From assembly GCF_004010195.1 (NCBI RefSeq), contig NC_057718.1:74219604-74283603 (forward strand): a stretch of 64,000 nt of DNA, in the 5' to 3' direction. Source of the stretch: Chiloscyllium plagiosum. Taxonomy: Eukaryota. Position 1 is the first letter of the stretch, and each line of letters starts with the position of its first letter. This document shows positions 1 through 10,129 of this stretch, one piece after another. The notes beneath the pieces are model-generated. The model saw nothing but the letters and a program-made list of their open reading frames with translations, ran no database searches and was not told the origin of the DNA. Made by a program: the position numbers and the translations under genes.

Positions 1-142
1 TGGAAAAACACAGCAGGTCAGGCAGCATCTGAGGAGCAGGAGAATTGACGTTTTGGGCAGAAGCCCTTCCTGATGAAGTCGATTCTCCTGCTCCTCGAAT
101 GCTGCCTGACCTGCTGCGCTTTTCCAGCATCACACTCTCGAC
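1..142. mobile_element. PLE-derived hairpin element with degenerate HHR (cut by the window edge)
   Basis: cagcaggtcaggcagcat...ggagaattgac is mirrored by gtcgattctcc...atgctgcctgacctgctg. Same family as 10797-11007. Confidence 0.8.
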
Positions 143-1593
143 AGTATGTAGATAAGCCAATAAGAGGCAAGGCCACATTGGATTTGGTACTGGGTAATGA
201 ACCAGGTCAGGTGTTAGATTTAGAGGTATGTGAGCACTTTGGTGATAGTGACCACAATTCAGATAAGTTTACTTTAGCATTGGAAAGGATTATAAGAGAT
301 AAGATTTATAATCATCCAGAAAGGAATAATTTGATTAGGGATAGCCAGCATGGTTTTGTAAAGGGTAGGCTGTGCATCACAAAGCTTATTGAAGTGACAA
401 AACAGGTGGTTGAGGGTAAAGTGGTTGATGTGGTATATATGGATTTCAGTAGTGTTGATAAGGTTCCCCACAGTAAACTATTGCAGAAAATATGGAGGCA
501 TGGGATTGTGGGTGATTCAGCAGTTTGGATCAGAAATTGCTAGCTGAAAGAAGACAGAGGGTGGTGGTTGCTGGGTGGTGGTTCATCCTGGAGTTCAGTT
601 ACTAGTGGTGTACAACAAGGATCTGTTTTGGGGGCTCTGCTGTTTGTCATTTTTATAAGTGACCTAGATAAGGGCGTAGGATTATCGGTTAGTAATTGCG
701 GATGACACTAGAGTCGGTGGAGTTGTGGACTGTGTGGAAGGATGTTGCAGGTTACAGAGGAACATAGATAAGCTGCAGAGCTGGGCTGAGAGGTAGCAAA
801 TGGAGTTTAATTTGGAAAAGTGTGAGGTGATTCAATTTGGAATGAGTAACAGGAATACAGAGTACTGCGCTAATGGAAGATTCTTGGTAGTGTGGATGAG
901 CAGAGAGATCTCAGTGTCCATGTGCATAGATCCCTGAAAGTTGACACCCAGGTTGATAGGGTTATTAAGAAGGTATAAGGTGTGTTAGCTTTGATTGGTA
1001 CAGGGATTGAGTTTCAGAGCCATGAGATCATGTTGTAGCTGTACAAAACTCTGCTGCAGCTGCACTTGGAGTATTGCATAGAGTTTTGGTTGCCACATTA
1101 TAGGAAGGATGTGGAAGCTTTAGAAAGGGTGCAGCGGAGACTTACTAGGATGTTGCTGGGTATGGAGGGAAGGTCTTATGAGGAAAGGCTGAGAGACTTG
1201 AGGCTGTTTTTGTTAGAGAGAAGGTTAAAAGGTGACCTAATAGAGGCGTACAAGATGATCAGAGGTTTATATAGGGTGGACCGTGAGAGCCTTTTTCCTC
1301 GAATGGTGATGGCTAGCAGGAGGGGACATAGCTTTAAAATGAGGGGTGATAGATATAGGACAGTTGTCAGAGGTAGGTTCTTCACTCAAAGAGTAGTAAG
1401 GGCGTGGAATGCCCTGTCTGCAACAGTAGTAGACTCGCCAATTTTAAGGGCATTTAAATGGCCATTCGATAAATACATGGATGATAATGGAATAGTGTAG
1501 GTTAGATGGACTTCAGATTGGTTTCACAGGTCAGCGCTACATCAGGGGCCGAAGGGTCTGTACTGCGCTGTATTGTTCTCTGTTCTATGTTCT
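143..1593 (+). mobile_element. CR1 LINE, degenerate and internally deleted ORF2 plus 3'UTR
   Basis: ATLDLVLGNEPGQV, SQHGFVKGR, VDVVYMDF and EYC..FW.PHYRKDVEALERVQRR motifs. Ends in a (TTCTATG)n-type tail. Confidence 0.93.
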
Positions 1594-2589
1594 TTGACAA
1601 ATAAAAAAAAATAACTTGGCCACATTACTTAAGTGCTTTTCATGATGCATTGTTCCACAGTCATAGATGATTGTTTCTTGATTGATTTTCTAAAGATGTT
1701 GATCAGAGTCACCTCTTCAGTTTACTCAATAATACTTATAATTTAGTTTTGTCTTCTCTGAGCCTCCAAGCTTTTCTCATGGGAGGTTTTTTCTGAAACA
1801 GTCCAAAACCTAATTCAAATTCGGATCACTCTCTGACAGACAGACCAACCATCAGCTCTATGAATTCCCAGTAACCATTTAACATCTGCCGTCTGCTTGA
1901 GCATAAAATATTTTCCCAACTTGCTGGAACCAATTCCCAGGTACTGACCTCACTAATATCCAACTTTTGCTATCTGTTTAAACAGAGTCATCTTCCATGG
2001 TGATAAAGCATTTGTAGAACCTTTTGATCATGAACCAACTTGCAATTAACTTCCAGGCCTGGCCTCAAGTATAAACAAAAGCTTGTTTGGTCTGTTTTCC
2101 TTTTAACATAAACTGTTACCCACAGTGCAAAAGTCATATTTAGCTCCCAGGTCATAGTTTCAAACCAAATTAAAAAAGGAATAAAACAGAACTACTGAAA
2201 AATCTTTTTGGGCTTTAACAATCATGTTCATGTTGTGCAGCACTATCAGAATGCGAAATGGGCCCATTTTAAAACAAATCAAGCAACCCTAAATTGGCAT
2301 TCATGACACTGTGGGCTATCAGTATTCAACCCATAATCTGTAACCTCATTGCGTGGCATATTCCCTCACTACACCATTGACATAAAACTGAGAGTTCAAC
2401 CGTGGTTAACTGAAGAGGGCAGGACAACATGCCAGAGTAGCATCAGGCTTTACTTAAAATATGTTATCGTGGTGCAGCTGCAGTACAAGAATATGTGCAT
2501 GCCAATCAGCAGAAGCACCATGCAATGAATTGGACCAAGTGATCACACAACCAACAAATCAGATTCAAGCTCTGTAGTCCTGTCATGAA

Positions 2590-2690
2590 AGATAGTGGAT
2601 CAGTGGTGCTGGAAGAGCACAGCAGTTCAGGCAGCATCCAACGAGCAGCGAAATCGACGTTTCGGGCAAAAGCCCTTCATCAGGAAGAAA
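2590..2690 (-). mobile_element. Solo PLE pseudo-LTR-type fragment with intact minimal hammerhead core
   Basis: Minus strand reads cCTGATGA agggc tttt gccc GAAA cGTC gattt...gatgctgcctgaactgctg. Confidence 0.8.
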
Positions 2691-3512
2691 GTGGTCAATT
2701 AAACATACATTCTAAGTAGGAGGCTTCTTAAATATCCCCATCCTGAATAATGTGGGAAAGTCCAGGAAGAGAAATCATGGGCCCTGGTGCTTCACTCGTT
2801 TCTGTGACCCAGTTTCATTGGTTGAGAAAACATCTTGGCTTTTCTACATCATGCCTCTACTTGTTAAACCCATTGAAAGCTCAGGCCTCTGTTTAAAACG
2901 TTTTCATACTCATCCTTTCCCACTGTTTCACATTCTCCTCGTCAAGTCTCTTTTGTAACTTGACTCCCTCCACCAAAGCTTGATTATCTCACTCTCATTC
3001 TGACTGCCTTTTTCAGTTGGGTGCACGCAGGTATTTTCAGGAAGTGCTACACCAGGACCAAACTCATCAAGATGGGTGAACCTCAAGAATGCCCTGGGGA
3101 TAGAACTGAGGCACTTGGCTTTGCTTTAATGTATCTTGTGTTGCAGCCAGATCAGAACTGAAGATTTCACAAAAACAGAATAGTCCTCATTGAAGAGCCA
3201 TGTATAAAATATGAGGTAAGTGAGGTAGGAGAGACTAGTGAATCTGGCACCTCAGACTGAACCAATGAATGCAGCTCTTCAGAAAAACAGTGACCATTTG
3301 GACAAGTTGCACTGCATTTCAATTTGGATGCTATCCGTGCCTGATTGGGTATTGGCTACGAATCTCTGGCCAAAGTAGTCAATGCAACCAGTGTCCCCAA
3401 AAACACAGTCCCTGATTATAATGCCTTCCTCTCCAGGGACTTGGCTAAGCCCAAAATATCAGTGCAAAAGACAAAGCTGAAGGATCTGCAAACATGAGAT
3501 GTTGGCATGACA

Positions 3513-3877
3513 CAGAACACAGGGGGCTAACACCTTCAACATATTGTCAAGCTATCACCATTGTTAACAGCTAACCCGAGAATGCAATTTTAAAAAAAAG
3601 GGTTTTGTGATTTACACAAGAAAGAAGTGAAACTATCACTGTATTCTAACAGATGAAAGGCTTAACAGACAATCAATTTTTCAATGTATAATTTCAGTTA
3701 CATCACACTGCAAATTTTGCTATAAATTCTGTGTTACGATCAAGCCCTCCACAATCACCTGATGAAGGAGCGTTGCTCCAAAAACTAGTGTGCTTCCAAT
3801 TAAACTGTTGGACTATAACCAGGTGTTGTGTGATTTATAACTTTGTACACCCCAGTCCAACACCGGCATCTCCAAAT
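3513..3877 (+). mobile_element. Second PLE-type family element with degenerate HHR
   Basis: cac CTGATGA aggagc gtt gctcc aAAA actA gtg at 3756-3790. Shares about 150 nt with 33710-33865. Flanked by catgaca (3506-3512 and 3878-3884), a possible TSD. Confidence 0.7.
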
Positions 3878-4662
3878 CATGACATTCAGATTAGTACATA
3901 ATTAATCTCAGCCTCCTCCCAGCATCCCAGATGCAGGTCTTCAGCTATTTTTATTCACTCCACATAATGTCACAAAGGCTATAACCTGCCAAAAGTACTG
4001 AAGACTTGTCACCAGAACTAGCTGGACCACAACTAAGCTGTCCCAGGACTGCTCTAACATCAGCCTCTACCCAGCAATGTGGAAAGCTACCAAGATATGT
4101 CCAGTCCAAATAAATGACAGATCAAATCCAGCCAATGCTATCACAAAAGTCTACTCTTGATCAAAGCAGTGGAAGGTATAATCAAGAGTGTTACCAAGCA
4201 GCATTCATTCAGCAATAACCTGCTCACTGACACTCAGTTTAGGTTTGTATAGAACCACTCTACTCCATCATATTGCAGCTTTGGTCAAAACATAGTCTAA
4301 ATAGCTGAACTCATGATAGTGAGTGCTCTTTACATTAATGCAACATTTAATGGAGTGTGGCATCAACAAATCCTAGCAAATCTGCAGTCAAAAGCCTCAT
4401 GGTTAAAATGCCCCACTGCTGGGAGTCATTTCTCGAACAAATGAAATTGATTGTGAGTATTGGAGGATAATCATCTCAGTTCCAAAACATCTCAGCAGGA
4501 ATTCCTTAGGGTGATGTCCTCAGCCCAGATATCTTCAACTGCTTCATCAATCACCTTTACATCATTATAAAGTCAGAAGTAGGGATGTTTACCCACGATT
4601 ACAGAGTGTTCTTCTCTTGACAATCAATGGTGTTAATACTGCTGAATCCCCACTTTTTTTTT

Positions 4663-4980
4663 TAGATTACATTAGATTACATTACAGTGTGGAAACAGGC
4701 CCTTCGGCCCAACAAGTCCACACCGACCCGCCGAAGCGAAACCCACCCATACCCCTATATTTACCCCTTGCCTAACACTACGGGCAATTTAGCATGGCCA
4801 ATTCACCTGACCCTGCACATCTTTGGACTGTGGGAGGAAACCGGAGCACCCGGAGGAAACCCACGCAGACACGGGGAGACCGTGCAAACTCCACACAGTC
4901 AGTCGCCTGAGGCGGGAATTGAACCCGGGTCTCAGGCGCTGTGAGGCAGCAGTGCTAACCACTGTGCCACCGTGCCGCCC
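4663..4980 (-). mobile_element. tRNA-derived V-SINE (shark HE1-like), young
   Basis: Minus strand: GGGCGGCACGGTGGCACAGTGGTTAG (A box), GGTTCAATTCC (B box), V-domain-like GTGTGGAGTTTGCAC...GGGTTTCCTCCGGGTGCTCCGG, then a CR1-like 3' end with a (TCTAA)-type tail. Confidence 0.9.
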
Positions 4981-5390
4981 ACTTGTCCTGGAGATTATAA
5001 TTGACTGGAAACTGAACCAGTCACATATAAATACTGCGGCTACAAGATCAGATCAGAGGCTGGGACTTTGTAGCATGTAACTCATCTTCCGTTTCCAAAG
5101 TCTGTCCACATTCTACAAAGTGTATGTCAGGAACATGATGGAATTTTCCACACTTGCCTGAATGAGTAGAACTCCAGTAACACTGAAGAAATTCAACACC
5201 ATCCAGTAGGAAAGTAGCCTACTGTTTTGCATCCTATTCACCACCTTCAACATTCACTTTGTCCACCTTCAACAGTGACAAAAACGAACAACATCTCCCA
5301 AGCAGTGCAGAAACTCACCCAGACTCCTGTTACAATACCTTTCAAATCCAAGAACTCTGCTACTTTGAAGGGCAAATGCAACAGATGCAT

Positions 5391-5670
5391 ATAGAACATA
5401 GAACATAGAAGAATACAGCGCAGTACAGGCCCTTCGGCCCTCGATGTTGCGCCGATCCAAACCCACCTAACCTACACTAGCCCACTATCCTCCATATGCC
5501 TATCCAATGCCCGCTTAAATGCCCATAATGAGGGAGAGTCCACCACTGCTACTGGCAGGGCATTCCATGAACTCACGACTTGCTGAGTAAAGAACCTACC
5601 CTTAACATCTGTCCTATACCTACCCCCCCTTAATTTAAAGCTATTCCCCCTTGTAATAGCTGACTCCATA
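5391..5670 (-). mobile_element. 5'-truncated CR1 3' fragment
   Basis: TRGNSFKLRGGRYRTDVKGRFFTQ plus a (CATAGAA)n tail on the plus strand. Near-identical to 58149-58330. Confidence 0.9.
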
Positions 5671-7769
5671 GGTACACCACCACCATTTGCAGGTTCCTCT
5701 CCAGGTCATGCACCATCCTAACATGGACATATTGCTGTTCCTTCATTGTTGCTGGATCAAAATCCTGGCACACTATTTCTAGCAGCATTGTGGGTGTCCC
5801 TACAGTCCAAGGACTTCAGCGGTTCAAGGAGACAATTCATGATCTCATTTAAGGCCAATTAGAAGTGGACAATAAATGATACCCACTTCCTGTGATGGAA
5901 TCAAAAACAAATTTGTGGGCAAGTCATCCATATTCAAGATACACAATTGGCTGGTTATGGTCTCTGCCTGTAGCTCTGTGCCTACTGCAGCCCTCCCACA
6001 GCATCCCTTTTGCTCCTCTACAAGTTTTGTGCTCACATGCATTTCTTGTGCCTCCTGCACCTATTTCTCATCTGCCACCTCATCTTTTCTTCACTGGAGG
6101 ATGCATCTCCAACTGAAATTACTATCCCCATATTCCATGAACAGCAATGCTGCAGTGATCACAGAACTGTTATTGTGCAGAAGGCAGCTAATCAGTCCAT
6201 TGTGTCTGCACTGACTTTCCAAATGAGCATCTCTCTTCATATATTACAAAATCTACCAGCTGGCAGATGGTACAACATTTAAGAGCCTGGATAACACCCA
6301 GGATTCTAGGCTTTCAAAGAGATTTTTAAAATTCATTCATGAGATGTTGGCATGACTGCCCATCCCAAATTGCCCCGAAGAAGGTGGAGTTCATCTGCCT
6401 TCTTGAACCATTGCAATCCTTAGGCTGTAGGAACACCTGCAGTGCTATTAGGAAGGGAGTTCTAGGATTTTGACCCAACAACACTGAAGGAACAGTGATA
6501 CATTTCCAAATCAGATGGCTTGGAAGGAAACAGCCAGATGGGGTGTTCCCAAGCATCTGATGCACTTCCCCTTATTGGGAGTAACTGTTGCAAGTTTGGA
6601 AAGAGCCTTGATGAGTTACTGCAGTGCATCTTGTAGTTGCTGTTGGGGAGTTAAATGTAGTAGATGGAGTGCTTTGTCCTGGATGATATTGCATTTCTTG
6701 AGGAGTTTTGGAACTTCATCCATCAATGTTTAGAATTGCAAAGCGTCTTGATAAGGTAAACCATAAAAATAACTTTGCTGAACTGTTTGCTGAGTCACTA
6801 ATGAAAGGGTGTAAATTTATGGTCAGAGTCCACTATAAATCAACAAATTAGGAGATTTTATTTTATGTAAGGTATAAAATGTAGCAGTATATACAGGGGT
6901 CTAAGCAAAACTTATGGTCTCTTTTAAAAGTAAAGTGAGTAAATATTTGCAAAAGAAAAATGTGAGGAAAAGGCAGATGAAGTAGACTGGATTAAAAGCT
7001 GACTGAGGTAGTACAGCTGAGTATCGTATCGAAAAATTCCATGATTCAACAAATGACTGGTGTGGAAGACTTGCCTATTGTTTCTAATGTTGATATCCAT
7101 CTTCTTGGTTACTAGTAACTTATAGAAGATAAACTAAAAAGACAAAATGAAAGTGCTAGTGAATAAGGCACCAAACAGGGATCATTGTTTGTTCTGTGGC
7201 ACTCAACTGAAAGATATTTAAAGCTTATCATGAGATACATCAAGTGTAACTGCCTGACTTTGGAGTTCATTCAGGGACTTTCATCTCCTTCCATCCCAAA
7301 GCAGATATTGGAGATTAATGTCTGACCTTGCATCTCAGAATTTACACTAGTTGCTTTCATATGGGGAATTAAATAATTACCCCTATAGCTTAAGGCGTGT
7401 CTACTGATCATGACATTTCAACTAATGTTGAATTAGGCTGACTACATAAGAATGATCAAGGTGCAATTGGGTGATATTAAAAACAACATATTAAGTGGAA
7501 TGTGGAATTTTTGTACATGGGCTTTATTACAGAACGAGTTGTTTTAATCTAGAAAGTACTGTCTAAAATTGTGATAGGGAGAAATTCAATAATCTCAAAA
7601 GTGAATTTGCAAGCGTCTTGAAGGCAAATAATTTTTTGGGATCTGAGGGAACAGTAAGGGACTGGAACTAACTGGAGATCTTTTGAACAGGTGGTATAGG
7701 CACAATGGACAAATCCTTCAAATTATTATTTCAATGCAATTGATGGATAGAATTAATTCAAAAGTTTAC

Positions 7770-7958
7770 CTGTGTAAAGAAAAGTGTTGGAATGTCCTCC
7801 CACTACAACATCAACACCTCTCACTTTCTTTGCAATCTGTTTGTCTGTCTCAAAACCTGAATGACCAAGGGCGATAATCTTGTTAACTCCAAGAGTTGTG
7901 AGTTTGTTAACTTCACGCTGCACAGCTTCAATTTCATCCTCGAAGGTTAGGTGTGGCC
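7770..7958 (-). CDS. nt5e: Ecto-5'-nucleotidase coding exon 3 (not in the ORF track)
   Basis: Acceptor tattccag|GG. Translates (G)PHLTFEDEIEAVQREVNKLTTLGVNKIIALGHSGFETDKQIAKKVRGVDVVVGGHSNTFLYT(G), with the GHSG and GGHS metal-ligand histidines. Donor ACAG|gtaaac. 189 nt, phase 1/1. Confidence 0.96.
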
Positions 7959-8036
7959 CTGGAATATATGTTAAAAAGAATTGGTAGCTAGTTCAAAGCG
8001 CTGTAATACTGAACCTCATCTTCAATTGGTCCCCAC

Positions 8037-8259
8037 CTGGACTTGAAAGCATTGGGGTTTCTTTGGTGGTGTATCCAACCACACCGATCTTTTCCCCACC
8101 AACATTTAGGATCACATATGGTTGATAGAAGCCCGTGATGCTTGGTGATAACTGCTGATCTGTTTTTATATTTGCACTCAGCACTGGGAAAGTAACATTC
8201 CGAAGAAAGGGGTACAAAAGGCCATCCACACCATTGTCAAATTCATGATTGCCCAGTGC
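8037..8259 (-). CDS. nt5e: Ecto-5'-nucleotidase coding exon 2
   Basis: Acceptor ctcttccatag|GCA. Translates ALGNHEFDNGVDGLLYPFLRNVTFPVLSANIK...KIGVVGYTTKETPMLSSP(G), with the catalytic GNHEFD motif. Donor CCAG|gtgggg. 223 nt, in frame with exon 1. Confidence 0.96.
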
Positions 8260-8639
8260 CTATGGAAGAGAAGAGCAATTTAGTTACAAAGGTTCAAATA
8301 AAGAGAATATATTCATTCAGGGAATCAAAAATGTCTTGACCATGAAACTAGATCCCACATTTTTCTAACTTTTTTGATGACTAAAAACTTTGCTTAACTT
8401 CTTAATGTTAAACAGTCAGTGCAAGTAGAGAAGGTGGTGTGGTTCTGTTTGAATCATATGCCGATCTTACAATAATTCACAGAGGAAATTGCAATGAAAC
8501 TAAAGTAGCTTGTAAATGACACAAACATTGGCCAGAAAGACATGTAGGATATGCAGCTAACTAGTTCACTTGAGCCTGCTCCCACCCCTCTTCATTTAAT
8601 TATCAACATCATCTTCCTTTTTCTTACTTGATCTTGAAC

Positions 8640-10098
8640 TTGTTTGTTTGGATTAGGAATTGGCTGGATGGAAGAAGACAGAGGGTAGTAGTTGATGGCA
8701 AAGTTTCTTCATGGAGTGCCGTCACTAGCGGTGTTCCGCAAGGATCTGTTTTGGGACCATTGCTGTTTGTCATTTTTATAAATGACCTAGAAGAGGGGTT
8801 AGAAGGTTGGGTGAGCAAGTTTGCGGATGATACGAAAGTCGGAGGAGTTGTTGACAGTGAGGAAGGATGTGGCAGGTTACAGCAGGATATAGAGAAGCTG
8901 CAGAGCTGGGCAGAAAGGTGGCAAATGGAATTCAATGTAGCTAAATGTGAGGTGATTCACTTTGGGAAGAATAACAAAAAGATGGGGTACTGGGCTAATG
9001 GTCGGATACTTGGTAGTGTGGATGAGCAGAGGGATCTTGGTGTCCATGTACACAGATCTCTGAAAGTTGCCACCCAAGTAAATAGTGCGGTGAGGAAGGC
9101 ATATGGCGTACTGGCTTTTATTGGTAGAGGAATTGAGTTCCGGAGTACTGAGGTCATGATGCAGTTGCATAAGACTCTGGTGCGGCCGCATCTGGAATAT
9201 TGTGTGCAGTTTTGGTCGCCATACTATAGGAAGGATGTGGAGGCATTGGAACGGGTGCAGAGGAGGTTTACCAGGATGTTGCCTGGTATGGAAGAAAAAT
9301 CGTATGAGGAAAGACTGAGGCACCTGGGGCTGTTTTCACTAGAGAAAAGAAGGTTTAGGGGTGACTTGATTGAGGTGTACAAGATGATTAGGGGGTTAGA
9401 TAGGGAGCTGAGAGAATGGGGTGAGAGAGCAGGGTAAGAGAGGGGTGTGAGGGAGAGGGAAGAGNNNNNNNNNNNNNNNNNNNNNNNNNNNNNNNNNNNN
9501 NNNNNNNNNNNNNNNNNNNNNNNNNNNNNNNNNNNNNNNNNNNNNNNNNNNNNNNNNNNNNNNNNNNNNNNNNNNNNNNNNNNNNNNNNNNNNNNNNNNN
9601 NNNNNNNNNNNNNNNNNNNNNNNNNNNNNNNNNNNNNNNNNNNNNNNNNNNNNNNNNNNNNNNNNNNNNNNNNNNNNNNNNNNNNNNNNNNNNNNNNNNN
9701 NNNNNNNNNNNNNNNNNNNNNNNNNNNNNNNNNNNNNNNNNNNNNNNNNNNNNNNNNNNNNNNNNNNNNNNNNNNNNNNNNNNNNNNNNNNNNNNNNNNN
9801 NNNNNNNNNNNNNNNNNNNNNNNNNNNNNNNNNNNNNNNNNNNNNNNNNNNNGGGGGTTAGGTATAGGACAGATGTTAGGGGTAGGTTCTTTACTCAGCG
9901 AGTCGTGAGTTCATGGAATGCCCTGCCAGTAGCAGTGGTGGACTCTCCCTCTTTATGGGCATTTAAGCGGGCATTGGATAGGTATATGGAGGATAGTGGG
10001 TTAGTATAGGTTAGGTGGGCTTGGATCAGCGCAACATCGAGGGCCAAAGGGCTTGTACTGCGCTGTATTCTTCTATGTTCTATGTTCTATGTTCTATA
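8640..10098 (+). mobile_element. Young 5'-truncated CR1 LINE (open RT frame) spanning an assembly gap
   Basis: SGVPQGSVLGPLLFVIFINDL and SKFADDTK motifs in an uninterrupted frame (8628-9437). (TTCTATG)n tail at about 10070-10097. Confidence 0.95.
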
Positions 10099-10129
10099 AT
10101 AGCTCTATGTTTGTAGATGACAAAGCTGG

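Larger units (their letters stand above)
2250..5880 (+). mobile_element. Old L2/CR1-superfamily LINE remnant, interrupted by several younger insertions
   Basis: Degenerate RT-like stretches (ccagcaatgtggaaag..., ggaattccttagggtgatgtcctcagccca...ttcatcaat). Related copies at about 31680-33240 (-), 34060-34640 (+) and 6330-6720 (-). Boundaries approximate. Confidence 0.65.

Noticed and set aside
4905..4980. tRNA genes (A/B boxes here and at about 22170-22241 and 38883-38950)
   Set aside because: They are SINE heads followed by V-domain and LINE-like tails, with no complete cloverleaf.
1..7769. nt5e exon 4 (expected ...YPF...VPVVQAYAFGKYLG...)
   Set aside because: I found no matching minus-strand sequence by eye. 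It presumably lies left of the window.
8628..9437. 269-aa open frame as a host or domesticated gene
   Set aside because: It is a 5'-truncated CR1 RT fragment with no ATG start or splice context, and it continues into a CR1 3'UTR and tail.
9405..9860. Purine-rich insert inside the young CR1
   Set aside because: Low-complexity sequence abutting an N gap. It cannot be distinguished from a gap-edge artefact.
10070..10098. (TTCTATG)n, (CATAGAGT)n and (ATTAG)n short repeats as CRISPR-like or telomeric arrays
   Set aside because: They are CR1 and SINE 3' microsatellite tails with no spacers, in a eukaryotic context.
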